This document shows positions 28,865 to 41,217 of a stretch of 64,000 nucleotides of DNA, piece by piece (within the stretch, counting starts at the first letter, position 1; every line of letters starts with the position of its first letter). The translations under genes and the position numbers were made by a program. A model generated the notes under the pieces. That model was not told the origin of the DNA, did not search any database, and was given only the letters and a program-made list of their open reading frames with translations. This DNA comes from Setoptus koraiensis (taxonomy: Eukaryota > Animalia > Arthropoda): positions 310,001 to 374,000 of the forward strand of contig CM106585.1 of the NCBI GenBank assembly GCA_048013815.1, given 5' to 3'.

Positions 28865-30400
28865 CTAAACATCTACTGGTTTGCTCACAAACACTGGCTC
28901 TGTTCTGATGCCGGCTCGATTGATTGCTTCTTTTTGATTGAGTGCTTCTCTCGTGGACGGCACTCGATGTTTGCACTTGCTGTGAGAATGGCGAATTTTT
29001 TCAGATACATAGGCTTCATGTCTTTGTTTAATCAAGGCACTATGATTGGACTTGTCAGGTTTCTTCTTTCTGGGTGGTAGAGGCGGTGGTGGTGGTGTCC
29101 TTCGTCTTTTCGTAGCTGGCAACACCACATCTGGTTTCATTGTTCCACTAACACTGGGCTCTTTATTGCCAGAAGTTGTTGGGGCAGGTAAGCAAGTTAC
29201 CAATTGCGGTACATTCTTGACAGTAGCATGCTGTATTTGGTAACGATTGCTCGCAATTGTGGATATTTTCTTATACGAACAAGCAACTGGATAAGAGTCT
29301 CTCATAGAGGAGATAATATAGTTTTTATCTGAGTTTAATGGATCATCGATAGCATGAGTTGATTGCTCATCAGTCAGGGTTGAGCCTGGCTGGACCTGTA
29401 TCTCTGTCGGAGCCTCAATAGATCCGCCGCAGTTCATCTCATTATGTGATTGTATTATTACATCACACGAATTGGTCTCAGTAGTTGAATTGTTTGATTC
29501 TTGATTCATTTTTTTGTATAATTTACAGAATCTGGGGTAACAGTCGGTACGCATCAAATTAAACACTTCTATCTGGGCATCATCAAACATATCCCTTGTT
29601 GGACTACCCAGGCTCTTCTCAACCGCTTGGAGACACTCATAGTTGACGTTAACAGGTTGCTTTGCTTCAAAGCCAAGATATTGTTTGAATATTTTGAGGG
29701 CTCTCGCTCTGATTAGGTGCTTTTTGATGGCAGACTTGTTGTTGTTATTGAATAACGATTTAAATTGTTCGCACTCTAACCAAAAGTTGATATTTTCTTG
29801 GCAAAATTGTATTTTCAGGAAGTCACTGAATACTTTTATGTTGTCCTCATGTTCTAAAAATTTATCAAACTCTACAAGATTCTGTGGTATCTCGTTGAGT
29901 GCGATCTTGGAGTGTGTCCTCGAACGTGTAAGTCTATATAGATCGAACGATGTTGGTTGATCGGAGGCGTCATGGCTGAGGTGAGATTTGGATCTATGCA
30001 TAATTTCGTTGTTTATTTTAGTCTTTCGTGCAAGTCTCAAAGATTTATTCCTACCCAATTTTTTTATAAGATCTTTTCCAGTGGACGAATTCTTTTTTGT
30101 TGCTTTCGCTATACCATCGTTTTGTTTGTTTCGTTTGACCAAAAGATCAATGGCGTCAATCTTGAGCTGTCTGTTGGCCTTAATATTTTTGATTGCCTTG
30201 CTTGGCTTCATAATTGATTGATTATCCTGTATGATAATGCATTCGAATTTGTGTTGCAATGGACTACTACCACTCTGTCCATGTGGCACGCTGCGGGATG
30301 GTTCAAGATGGACAACGTGCCAACGGTCAAGCAAATATAAGAATAAGAATTCTCTCATCACCTGTCCCGTTGAACCAAGAATGACCATACCGGTTGCCAC
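28865..30400 (-). CDS. RGS-domain protein (start codon uncertain)
   Basis: FSDFLKIQFCQENINFWLECEQFK...PVNVN...FDDAQIEVFNLMRTDCYPRF. Confidence 0.8.
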   Translation of the reverse strand: MATGMVILGSTGQVMREFLFLYLLDRWHVVHLEPSRSVPHGQSGSSPLQHKFECIIIQDNQSIMKPSKAIKNIKANRQLKIDAIDLLVKRNKQNDGIAKATKKNSSTGKDLIKKLGRNKSLRLARKTKINNEIMHRSKSHLSHDASDQPTSFDLYRLTRSRTHSKIALNEIPQNLVEFDKFLEHEDNIKVFSDFLKIQFCQENINFWLECEQFKSLFNNNNKSAIKKHLIRARALKIFKQYLGFEAKQPVNVNYECLQAVEKSLGSPTRDMFDDAQIEVFNLMRTDCYPRFCKLYKKMNQESNNSTTETNSCDVIIQSHNEMNCGGSIEAPTEIQVQPGSTLTDEQSTHAIDDPLNSDKNYIISSMRDSYPVACSYKKISTIASNRYQIQHATVKNVPQLVTCLPAPTTSGNKEPSVSGTMKPDVVLPATKRRRTPPPPPLPPRKKKPDKSNHSALIKQRHEAYVSEKIRHSHSKCKHRVPSTREALNQKEAINRAGIRTEPVFVSKPVDV

Positions 30401-31732
30401 GCCTATCTCCCTTTTACACTATATATCTCACGAGTCGGGCTCGTCATGGTTTGCCATATTTCCTCATGTTGATTCGCAATTAAAACAATATACGGTCGAC
30501 GGAGACAATATGACCATTGGTCACAAAGAATGCCCAATTAAAATGCAAGTAAAGAAGCACGGGCCCAACCAACGAACAGGGTATTAAAGTGCCAAGAGTG
30601 CCTCAAATTGCACAAAAAACCGTTAATTAGACTACTTGTTGCTGCGGGCTGCTCATGCTTGCCACGTCAATGCTGATTATTTTCAATACAATTCACATAA
30701 TGATAGTTGATCACTATTTGTCTATGAGTCACCCCCGTCTAGCGGATTTCTTTCTTCTGGTGCCTGCTTTGTTTGCTCGATGATAATCAATCGTTTCTGG
30801 TTTGTATCATCATTCAGATTAAAATCAATTGTAGTATCAAACAAATATAAGGAGATATAAATAGAGAGCAGGGGAACCACTTACTTACAAATCAGCCTGA
30901 CAAATCAACTGTCTGACATGATTTAGCGACAATGAAAACATCATGCACATACGCGTGATAATAATAACAAAGTATTGATAAGTTGTTGCTGGAAGCATTT
31001 GTGCGAAATATCATGATAATAATCAATTCGGATGCTCCAAAACTGCAACTTTTGATCATATTTATTCCTTTTGTCAACACCTACTACTAGTGACATCACA
31101 CTAGTTAAAGATGAATTTTATCGGTGTAGCATGTGTCCGTCTATTATACAATGTCATTGTGACGAAAAGAGGAGATCCACCATCTATAGCGAAAAACAAT
31201 ACAATAAATAACAAACCAAAAGTATATTTGTCGTGATTGTCATCCCCAACCATCAAGTGCTTTGTCGGTGCGGGAAATCAAAGTAAGGGAAACTGTGTCT
31301 AGATATTAATCTAAATGGTAACCAAGTCTGAATCTGATCTCTGATCATAATGAATTTTGTTCTGAGAACAAAATCTGAGCCAAGTAACAACTTTAAGAGT
31401 AGTTGTAATCTAACTTTTTCTCTCTGTTTTGACAAGTTTTGGAACATTCTGGTCATATCCATATCATATGTAGACTAGATGTACAATAGATGATTTTCAG
31501 TTAGTGGTTAATAACACATGATAGGACCATCTATAGGTTATGACGAAACAGATCAATTATCGAATGAACCTGATCTCCAATCAATTTCAATCAATGATTT
31601 TTCTCATTGTGGCAAACGACTATAAGTACAAGCCAGAGAGTGGGTGGGTGATGCAGTCAAAGTTTACATTTGCCTACTCAGTTAGTAATTGCATCATTAA
31701 CCTTAAACGAACACTTTCAACGAATCGCTATC

Positions 31733-33412
31733 ATGACAGATAATATATTAGCACTGCAGGCAACAACAGTTATTCCCGAATGGGTTGTTTGGGATCAAAA
31801 TAAATTGTATTGGACATTGGCCATCATAATAGTGACTTATCTATATTACAATTATGTCAAATTTACTTACTGGTCATCGCGGGGCATCAGAGGGCCCATG
31901 CCAGTACCCATCCTTGGTACAGATTTCTATTATATGTTCGCCCATCGTAGAACTCTAGAGATGAAATGGCGCAAACAATATGGAAAGGTGTATGGGACAT
32001 ATAATGGGGTCAAACCCGTGATAAACGTTAGCGATAATGAGTTAGTCAAGCATGTTTTTATAAAAGATTTTGACGTTTTCACTAATAGATATCCAGTAAC
32101 AGTGAGTCCATACCAGAAAAGATTTCTATTTTGGTCTCGCAATTCGCAATGGGCTCGCAAGAGATCTATTATTACGCCAACATTCACCAGTAGTCGTATG
32201 AGACAGATGTTCGAATTGATGCGAGGTTGTACAAGCAAGTTTCTAACTGAACTGGACAATATGACGCAAGACAAAGACAAATCCGTTGGTGCAGTCATAT
32301 CAAAAGACCACTATATGAGCTATGCCCTTGATGTGATTGCTCAGGCATGCTTCGCAGTAGACTTCAACACATATCGTGATAAGGACAGCGATTTTGCTAA
32401 GAAAGCGTACGGTTTCTCAAAGTTTCCCATATCAAGATTTATTATTCTACTATTATTGCCATCCAGAGTAAGAAAGTGGCTTAATTTTGATTTGTTCAAC
32501 GAGTCGATTTTCGAATTCTTTGAAGAAGCAAGCAAAAAACTAATTGAGCGTCGCAGAGCCCTTATTAATCACAATATCAACAGAGCGGAAATGGACAAAC
32601 CTGTATTCAAAGATATGATACAATTGATGCTTGAAGCTAAAAGAACAAACGATGTTGAATTGGTTGAAGATGACCTTAGAGAGGCTCATTATAATAGTAC
32701 GACCAATGCTGATATAATTGGTGAACAGAAGAGACAATACGAAGAAAGTGCGGACAAAAACCAGTATTTGACAGATTCCGAGATCGCCGGTCAAATGACT
32801 TTCTTTTTTATAGCAGGATTTGAGACAGCATCATCAACTTTGTCGTTTTGTTTCTATGAACTAGCCAACAATCCGAAAGTCCAACAAATCTTATATGATG
32901 AATTGATTGAGAATGCAGAAAATCTTCATCTGGATAATATAGAATACAGTCCTATGTTGCAGCTCAAACAGTTAGACGCATTTGTATCAGAAGTCCTGCG
33001 TTTATATTCACCTGTAACAGCCATTGATCGAGAAGTTGGTCAAGACTATAAGGTGCCAGGAATGGATTTGACACTTGAAAAAGGTCTCAATATCACAGTA
33101 CCGTACTTTGTGTTGCACCACGACGCCGAATATTGGCCCAATCCGGAAAAGTTTGACATGACTAGATTTTTACCAGAGAATCGTGCCAATATTAAATCTT
33201 GCACTTTCGCGCCATTTGGATTGGGGCCCCGACATTGTGTAGGCATGAGGTTTGCTTTAGCTGAGATTAAGTTGGTATTGACTCAGCTCATTCTTAGATA
33301 TCGTTTTTCTCGAGCTAGTAGCACCAGTAGCTATCCACCGCAATACAAAAGACACATGTTCTTTTCACAATTGGAAAACTCAGATGTTTTAATTGAGAAA
33401 CGTTGCAAGTGA
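31733..33412 (+). CDS. Cytochrome P450, CYP3 clan, single exon
   Basis: AGFETASS, EVLR, PEKFDMTRF, heme motif FGLGPRHCVG; N-terminal anchor and Pro-rich hinge. Confidence 0.95.
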   Translation: MTDNILALQATTVIPEWVVWDQNKLYWTLAIIIVTYLYYNYVKFTYWSSRGIRGPMPVPILGTDFYYMFAHRRTLEMKWRKQYGKVYGTYNGVKPVINVSDNELVKHVFIKDFDVFTNRYPVTVSPYQKRFLFWSRNSQWARKRSIITPTFTSSRMRQMFELMRGCTSKFLTELDNMTQDKDKSVGAVISKDHYMSYALDVIAQACFAVDFNTYRDKDSDFAKKAYGFSKFPISRFIILLLLPSRVRKWLNFDLFNESIFEFFEEASKKLIERRRALINHNINRAEMDKPVFKDMIQLMLEAKRTNDVELVEDDLREAHYNSTTNADIIGEQKRQYEESADKNQYLTDSEIAGQMTFFFIAGFETASSTLSFCFYELANNPKVQQILYDELIENAENLHLDNIEYSPMLQLKQLDAFVSEVLRLYSPVTAIDREVGQDYKVPGMDLTLEKGLNITVPYFVLHHDAEYWPNPEKFDMTRFLPENRANIKSCTFAPFGLGPRHCVGMRFALAEIKLVLTQLILRYRFSRASSTSSYPPQYKRHMFFSQLENSDVLIEKRCK

Positions 33413-34265
33413 ACATTCTGACGATGCACAAGTGTCGAATTGATTCGACTGTTTTGCCGGCCGTTTTTAGCCTCAAAATAGAGTATCGTTACATCATGAC
33501 GTAACAATAGCATCGTTTTAGGGTGAAAAAAAAAGCTGTCGTCATACAGAGCATCAAGATGTATCAAGATATTTCTGACCATACTAGATTGATACATATG
33601 TCAATTACATTTATAACCGATAATAACTTTGTTTTACCAATAAAAATACACTTTACTCGAATTTTATTATGAGTTTCGTGCAACAATTGGATAGATTCGG
33701 CTCTTATTTTCCGACGCACAGATACTTTTAAGCGCGATACTTGTCTCCGAAAGAGTATTGATGCTGATCTGATAGAAGTGAAGTTGATGATGAATAAAAT
33801 AAATTTAATTTAATAATAATAATCTGCAACAAACTTGTGATCATAAAATCACATATGTGGATTATTCTTTCTGCGAAAGAACTGATTCCGAAATTTGAAA
33901 TTACTAGGCATCGTTCGACCATAAGTTTATCGCTGACTATAAAAATCCACCCCGTCGTGGTCTTGTTCGTCGTCCCGGCGATCGATTAATATTTGTGTGT
34001 TACGCCCATGCTAATTATTTTGCACACAAATCTAGTGACCCAATCAATCTATTGTTGTCGTTCTTAGACAAAAACTGATGCGTCAAACACTATTATGTTA
34101 GTCAAGATTATTGAGTCTTCGGATTGCAATAAAGTTCATTTTGGGTGCAATAGAATCAACAAGTAGTTCAGGTCCTCACCAACTAAATCTATGTGTAACA
34201 TCTAAGTCTATGGTGGATTGGTTAATTAGTTAACTGGATGCATCATTAATGACTAGATTAGAAAA

Positions 34266-36675
34266 TCACTTCGGATAGAGTAAATGATATGCACTTAAAC
34301 CAAACACTTCCATAAAGAAGACAGTGATGCACGGTACGTATCTATTGTAGTTATCGATGAGATAACCAAAGACAAACGCCATGGCTATACCACCAAATGA
34401 CTGGTGCGCAAAACAAATTGGATTTTAATAGACAGAATTAATTAGATTGACATTTATCAAGATGTTTTTTCTCTTATATAATTCAATGTTGGACTTACCT
34501 GTGATGTGAACAAAAAGCCATATATTATGCCAGCATTTTTGCGACCAAAAACTCTAGCACAGTGAACAGGATAAATGGCAAACCAACCAGAGAATGAGCC
34601 AAACACACCCAATGTACAAGTGAGATATAAAAATTTGCTGGATAAAATAAACTCGAATGGTAACATAAACATTAGTGTTCCAAAAATGATTGTGATCAAT
34701 GAGAAGCATCTGGTAAAATTGAACCGATCCACGGCCATGCCCCAAGATAAACGTCCCAAACAATTTGCTATTGAGGCCAAAGATCCCGTCCATGCCAAAT
34801 ACATGTCGTCTGCTATATATATTTGTCCATATTTTTTGTACATTGAATTCATAAAAAGAACCCCCTGTGTTGTGACTCCGTAAACCAGGTACATTACTAG
34901 GAATTCTCTTGATCTGATTGCCTTGGAAATAGACATGTCATTATCAAATATAGGCAATTCGTCGCTCTCAAACTTTCCATATGAAGAACTAGATGGCTTG
35001 AATAGTAAACAACATCCAATAAATTGCATTGTAGCATAAATAGAGCCCATAAAAGTGAACAGCGAAGGCACATTCTTCATAATTTCATCCTGAGTGAAAT
35101 AATGATTATCAGGTTCTGAATTAGGACTTAAATTGGTAGGGTTCACATAGGCTGTTTGTACCATGTTGAAAATGAACGTGCTATCCGAGAAATAAATAAG
35201 AAAAATGAGTTGTAATTTCAATTGCGTCAGCATCATCCATAATTATGCATTAGATGACAAATGAAATATGCTGACTGACTTACCCTATGCCATAACCTGC
35301 CAATATGAAGCCAGACACAAGACCTTTCCTGTTTGGAAACCAACCAAACCCATTGGTTATTGGTGTGATATATGCCAAACCAGTTCCAAATCCCGGAAGT
35401 AGACCATAACTGTTACACGAGGTGTTGATTTGTATGTTATAGGAGGATAACAGAACGGGTAAGTGTCGATCGGCGAAAGTAGAATAATTTTGAATTAAGC
35501 GATAATATCTCGAACCTACGTAATGACAACAGGAACAAATCCAAATTCTAGTGACCATCTAGTTGAGGCTATGGACATTGAATGAATGGTACAGCCAATG
35601 AAACAAGAGACTCTAGCTGAAAATCTCTTCTCTATGAAGCCTCCCATGACCATGGCGATACCTTGACCCACGGCATTCATTGACATTATCCAAACAGATC
35701 CACCATATGTGGCGGATGGTGCTGAATGCAACCTCAGATAGGAGGTCATATACGAGTTGACATTGCTATAATTGTTCGTATCATAAAATGAACATGATAG
35801 ATTTAAATAATTATAGAGATCAATTTAATAAAATTGTTTATAAATGTATCCCTCAAAGTAATTTGATGATGGCTAAACACTCACCTAAGAGTATAAACAG
35901 TTCCTAATGTTATATGTATCAATGCCGCTCCAATCAGCGCCATCAAAGACTTTTGAAATATGAAATTATATAATTTAATTAGGCTCATGTTTCTTCTTCT
36001 GTGACTTCCTATGTACAGATGGTGGCTGGAGAATTGGTTCGAGATTCTATCGTTGTAGCTATTACTGTTATTACTACCACTACTACTACCACTACTTTGG
36101 GAACTGAACGGATAAGAGAAATATTTCAAAAATTTTCGATAATTTTTGCCACGATCACGCTTTCGATAAGATTCTGATTCTCTCTTGTTGTGATCATTAT
36201 TATCACAATTATCGTATATATGCTTCTTGAAACTTTTATTAGATCGTGATGACTCGCAGTTGTAACTCGTTGTGTCGGATGTATTATTTCTAGTACTATG
36301 ATTGTGATAGTCTTTGACACTTCTGCTCGCGTTAATTGGATCGGTTGTAGACAAAGTTGTTGTGTCGCTAGTTGCGCAATCTCGCAATATGGTAGAGTGG
36401 TTACAATCTATTAATGTGTCGTGTAGGCCTGATTTATGATCGTGATTGTCATTATCATTGTTGATATCAGCGATAGTGGCCCTTGTCTCTTTCTTATTAC
36501 GCTTGCTCCTAGTGATTTGATTTCTGCCATATTGTTGCTGTGAATCGCTTTTATTCGATCTCACTATGCTGTTGTCATTATCATCATCATCAGCATCGGC
36601 TGAACTGGGGGATGATGAGCCTGAGGGCTCATAGTTGTTGAGCAGTGGAACATATTGTACATTCTTCGCCGACAT
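34266..36675 (-). CDS. MFS transporter, oxalate:formate antiporter-like; exons 36675-35885, 35765-35520, 35409-35284, 35180-34499, 34400-34266
   Basis: GTGLAYITP...WFPNRKGLVSG, ANCLGRLSWGMAVDRF, VFGRKNAGIIYG; four GT-AG introns give one 659-aa frame. Confidence 0.85.
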
Positions 36676-38403
36676 AATCCCTACCTATTATTGATTATAT
36701 TGAAGATATAAATAGTAAACGTGACTTGCTAGTAAATTACAAATATATAGAGAAAGAATAAAAAAGGTAAGTGCACTCGAGTACTTGTCCCATTGTGAAT
36801 ATGTTGCTATCTATTTTAGCGCACGTCAAGTTTGTAAAGAACAACAAAACATGATTGTTATGGTCGTGGGAAACTTGTTCGGCTAAACTTATTTGCTATT
36901 CAAATTTGGTTCTAACTCAAGTTAGAAAGACTTGCAACTATTGTATATCATGTAGGCGAAACAATAGCGGCATTGCGTAAATGACATATCGTAGATACAA
37001 CGGTATCATAGAGATAGTTCCCTCTAAAGAAAACTAACACATATTCCGAACTTCGATACAACATCTGAAGCTCGACGATATATCTAACATTTACTCCAAT
37101 AGAAGCTGCAGGAATCTTTTCAAGTGCTGACATTGATCGGTACTTCTTGATGCGTTGTCCAACTAATCCATTCCATCAACTAGATGGAAATATTTCTGTA
37201 TGACTAGCGCAATGATTATAATCTAGTCATGTTATTGTTTGTACAAATGATTCATTTGTTTGAGTCGAGCAAATGAAAGGTAAAATAAATATAATAGTCG
37301 TTGTATAAATGTAATAGAATACAACGGCTCGTCTCTCTCATAGATATACTGGTTATCGGTAACGAGCAATCAATTGTATCATGAACAGGATCGCAAGGCC
37401 CGAATTTGTTTTCCTTTCAAACGTTTGAAGTCGCAATAGAGTTTATACATCAAGTTATTTGATATTCTTAATTACCTTGGAATATTTTCACGAATTATTG
37501 CAAAGATTTAATCTCCAACGAATAGATTCGTATACTAGTAGCTAGACAAATATGCTTGTTGGTGGTGGCGGTGCTAGCGTTGTATTTGTCGCGTCACATG
37601 ATAGATTTCGAAACGAAGGAAGTGAACCGGTTTGCGTTATATGGTGTCTCGTTGATCGAAAGCGATTGTGCCCAAAAAGATTCTCAGTTATATAAAACCA
37701 AACAAAAACTAATAGTTAAAATAAAACAAAATAGAAGTACATTCATGAGTCGGACCTCTCGAGAGGATTAAGAGGAATAAATGCGATGAATACCGATGAC
37801 CGATTGGTTGGCCATCATATGTTGTTGTTAACACTTTTTGTAAACATTCGACTTCCAAGTGCGCGAAGTTCAAAGACCATTCGGTCGTCGAGCGGCGTTT
37901 GTTAATGCTGCGGAACAAACGGGTTTTTGCGGGTAGTGAATTAAAAAAGGAACCTCTTTTCATAGTTCGAGGAGAACTCTTCTGCACGAATAGTAATACA
38001 TCCCAGATAAGAACAGATTTCCTGAAGAAACTCTAGGAGGACGAACTGCAGTCTCTTCTCCTCGATATCGATAGGGGCAAACCCCTCTTTACACGCCCCC
38101 TCAGAGAGCGCGAACAGTTCCCATGAAGAAACGGATCTACGGGTAAACCTAGAGAAATGCAGATTTTATGCTTTTGCCTTGAATAATAAAAAATCACTCA
38201 TTGAACAGATTATTGACAATTATCAACCAAGGATCATTTATTATAGCATAGTCATTGGTCCCAGCCACTGTTCTACGACAAACCCAACAAAATAAAAAAA
38301 AATGTGCATCAGATAAGCCACCACACATATTGTTTCACTATCCAGATCGATTATATCAGTTCACTGGTTGTGAAATCTGTTCCCAATCCTTGAATTGTTC
38401 ACT

Positions 38404-39594
38404 ATGGCAGATATCACTTCCACCAAAAACAAGTTGGCAGCTAAGATACTCAAGGCGGAGATGTTAGGAGACAAGGAAGCTGTTGAGGAACTCAAGCTAC
38501 AATTGGCCAACATTGAACAAGAAAGCTTAACCGATGACAGCAAAGTCACAGGCGGCAAGCAATCTCAAGGAACAAGTAACAAGAAAGAGCCAGAGAGATC
38601 TTGGACAGCCAACAAGAATACAAGTGGTCCAACTAAACGCGTCCATGAGGATGATATGACCATCCAACAAATGTACATGCAAGAAAAGACTGGCAGTGCT
38701 AGAGATGATGTCAAATTGTACTTAAACAATCATAAAAAATTTGCACGAGACAGCTTGGACACTAGCCAATTTTCTGAGGAAATAGATGACTCACAAACCA
38801 TTTTGAAAGGCGCTAGCAGCAAATCAAGACATAAAGGCGCAATAGTTACAGGTCCAAACAAAAACAGAGAACACGAACCCTGTGATCATTGCCCGCAAGC
38901 TAAACTCAAACATTTGATATTGTGGCAAGGGCAGCATATATTCATGAGTCTACTCCCATTTAGATTGAGTCTAAGTCGATTAAGTTGCGCAGTCATAAGG
39001 AATTTAGACCATGATTACGAATGTTTTGTGGATTCGTCAGAAGAGTGCCAATCTGAAACTGATCACCTCATTAGTTGTCTGAAATCTTGTTGGGATAAAC
39101 AAGGTTATCAGTGTATTGTCATGGAAAGTTATCACAAGAGCTCTAGAAATTCAAATAGAAATTTGTTGCCCAATTCAGGAGGAAATCATTTCCAAGTATA
39201 TTGTATACCAATCAAGAGAAGATATTTTGAAGAGGCACGACTCTATTTTAAGCAGGCATTACTAGAATGCGAAAAGGAATGGAGCATGAATAAGAAATTG
39301 ATTTCTACCTCCAGTGACAAAAAAATAAACAATTGTCTACCTCGAGGTTTATCTTATTTTTGGGTATGTTTTGATGATCTCAACAAAGGATTTGCTCACG
39401 TGATAGAGGATGAAAACAGATTCTCAAATTATTTTGGCTTTGACGTTTTGGCAGGACTGCTTGACAAGAGTATCAATGAAGTGCTCCATCCGAAGAAAGA
39501 AGACTACTCACATCAATTCGAACGATCTCGCCTATTCAAATTAGATTGGTCAAAATATAAGCCCGATCAACAATTAGACGACTTGAATAGATGA
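38404..39594 (+). CDS. CWF19L2: CWF19-like protein 2, single exon
   Basis: CwfJ C-terminal region YFKQALLECEKEWSMNKKL, LPRGLSYFWV...GFAHVIED. Confidence 0.88.
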   Translation: MADITSTKNKLAAKILKAEMLGDKEAVEELKLQLANIEQESLTDDSKVTGGKQSQGTSNKKEPERSWTANKNTSGPTKRVHEDDMTIQQMYMQEKTGSARDDVKLYLNNHKKFARDSLDTSQFSEEIDDSQTILKGASSKSRHKGAIVTGPNKNREHEPCDHCPQAKLKHLILWQGQHIFMSLLPFRLSLSRLSCAVIRNLDHDYECFVDSSEECQSETDHLISCLKSCWDKQGYQCIVMESYHKSSRNSNRNLLPNSGGNHFQVYCIPIKRRYFEEARLYFKQALLECEKEWSMNKKLISTSSDKKINNCLPRGLSYFWVCFDDLNKGFAHVIEDENRFSNYFGFDVLAGLLDKSINEVLHPKKEDYSHQFERSRLFKLDWSKYKPDQQLDDLNR

Positions 39595-40383
39595 AATGAT
39601 TATTAAAAGTTAAATTGAAATTGAGCGTGTTTATTTTCTTCAATTGGTTTCAACAATATCCTCTTTTGATTTCTATAAGTATTATTCAGCGGTGGAGCGA
39701 TCTGAGTGATTTTTCACTTTTCCCATCCATAATAGTGTCAGTAATTGGAATAGTACTTATCACTCTGCTACTGATAAGCTGAATTTAAAAACTAGTTAAT
39801 TGTTATGACTGATTAGATTTCGCATTTGCGACGTATCTTTTACAATGCGGACAGAAGTGAGAAACATTGTTGCATGCCTTTGAAAAACCAATAATATATT
39901 TATAACCATCTTAAATTTATCTGTCTGGGCAAACACCAATGTGCTGAGTTGGGGGGGGGGACAAAGTCACATAGAGGCAAACCACATAGTGGTAATCCAC
40001 ATAATGACATAAAAAGTCATATATTAGAATAATAGAAATGCTGTGCAATCTTGACCATTACATAATCAATTAAATCCACCCCTCTGTACTGTCTCGGCTT
40101 AATGCGCATGGCTAGCCATGCATCCGCATTATGTGAAGTGCGTGTTTTTGTTGTTCTTTATTTTTATACTTGGGTATAAGAAGGAAGTTCCTTCCAGGCA
40201 ACAGCAAGATGCTGTCGCCCGCCGACAACTCGCTGAGGCTGTCGATCTGATTTGACTCTGGGATCTAGGCTGTGTTTATATAATATGCAAGTTGTGTGAG
40301 ATTTGCAAGACAATCCGGGGGACGAACAATGACGTAACGAGAGAGAGCGAGAGAGAGTTTATTTGCAACGGGCGGCGCGCTGT

Positions 40384-40740
40384 TCACATGAGCTCGTGGA
40401 AGGTGGTGCCGGCGTAGCCCACGTTGGCCCTGTTCAGGTCCCTGAACTCGATGTAAATTCGGTCGGCCGGTATGCCGAGATCGGACTTGAGAATGGCCAT
40501 AATCTCTTTTGAATATCGCTTGTTTTCCTCAGTACCCAGGGCACCTATTGAGCTGAGTGTGCAAAGAGCGGACGGGGCGTCCGTTGCCCCGTAATAAACG
40601 TCCTCGCCGGCCTGAATATGAACGGCTACATACTGGATGGGTTTGCCTAACAACTTGGCCAATAATTGCGCCAAACGATTCCTCAGCTCGGGACTCACAT
40701 GTGACTTTTCCACGTTGGTGCTAACGCGCAAAATGGGCAT
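40384..40740 (-). CDS. MIF: Macrophage migration inhibitory factor / tautomerase, 118 aa
   Basis: MPILRVSTNV (catalytic Pro), LLGKPIQYVAV, SIGAL, RIYIEF...VGYAGTTF. Confidence 0.93.
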   Translation of the reverse strand: MPILRVSTNVEKSHVSPELRNRLAQLLAKLLGKPIQYVAVHIQAGEDVYYGATDAPSALCTLSSIGALGTEENKRYSKEIMAILKSDLGIPADRIYIEFRDLNRANVGYAGTTFHELM

Positions 40741-41004
40741 GATTCTCCTTCTGTCTAAATATATATATTCTGAAATAAATGTGTTGTGTTTATTTATAAA
40801 ATAGCGCCAATTCAATCGCCCGTTTGTGAGTATGTAGCTGGCAAATATATGATACGATGATACCGATACGATGATCGAGTTAATAGTGGAATTTTATAAA
40901 TGATCCGGGTATAAATGATATCGGTATAAGCAGCAGCGACAATAACTGTCTCATTCACATGTTTTCCATGCTCGAGACGCTCACTGATGCACGATGATGC
41001 GCTG

Positions 41005-41188
41005 TGATGAAATGTGCGCTCTGTGCCACACAACTCTGTTCCTATCTTCTGTGCTTCTCTTGCACTTAACATGTGCAACTATATATACTCGCTGTACACC
41101 ATTTTATATACACACTTGAATATTAGTTCAACACCAATAAACATACATATACATAACGTATACTAAAACTACAATCAGTTATTTAACA
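41005..41188 (+). repeat. Copia 5' LTR (184 bp)
   Basis: TGATGAAATG...TTATTTAACA, TATA-like CTATATATAC, AATAAA. Confidence 0.8.
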
Positions 41189-41202
41189 CGTTATCAGCAC
41201 GA
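41189..41202 (+). promoter_or_regulatory. Candidate half-tRNA (tRNA-Ile) primer binding site
   Basis: CGTTATCAGCACGA directly after the LTR; no TGG. Confidence 0.65.
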
Positions 41203-41217
41203 ATCGCAAAAATACCC

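Noticed and set aside
38066-38073. DRE motif TATCGATA upstream of CWF19L2
   Set aside because: A single 8-mer is expected by chance at this scale; no supporting evidence.
40384-40740. GC-rich MIF as horizontal transfer
   Set aside because: Protein looks animal-type; GC-rich codons alone are insufficient evidence.
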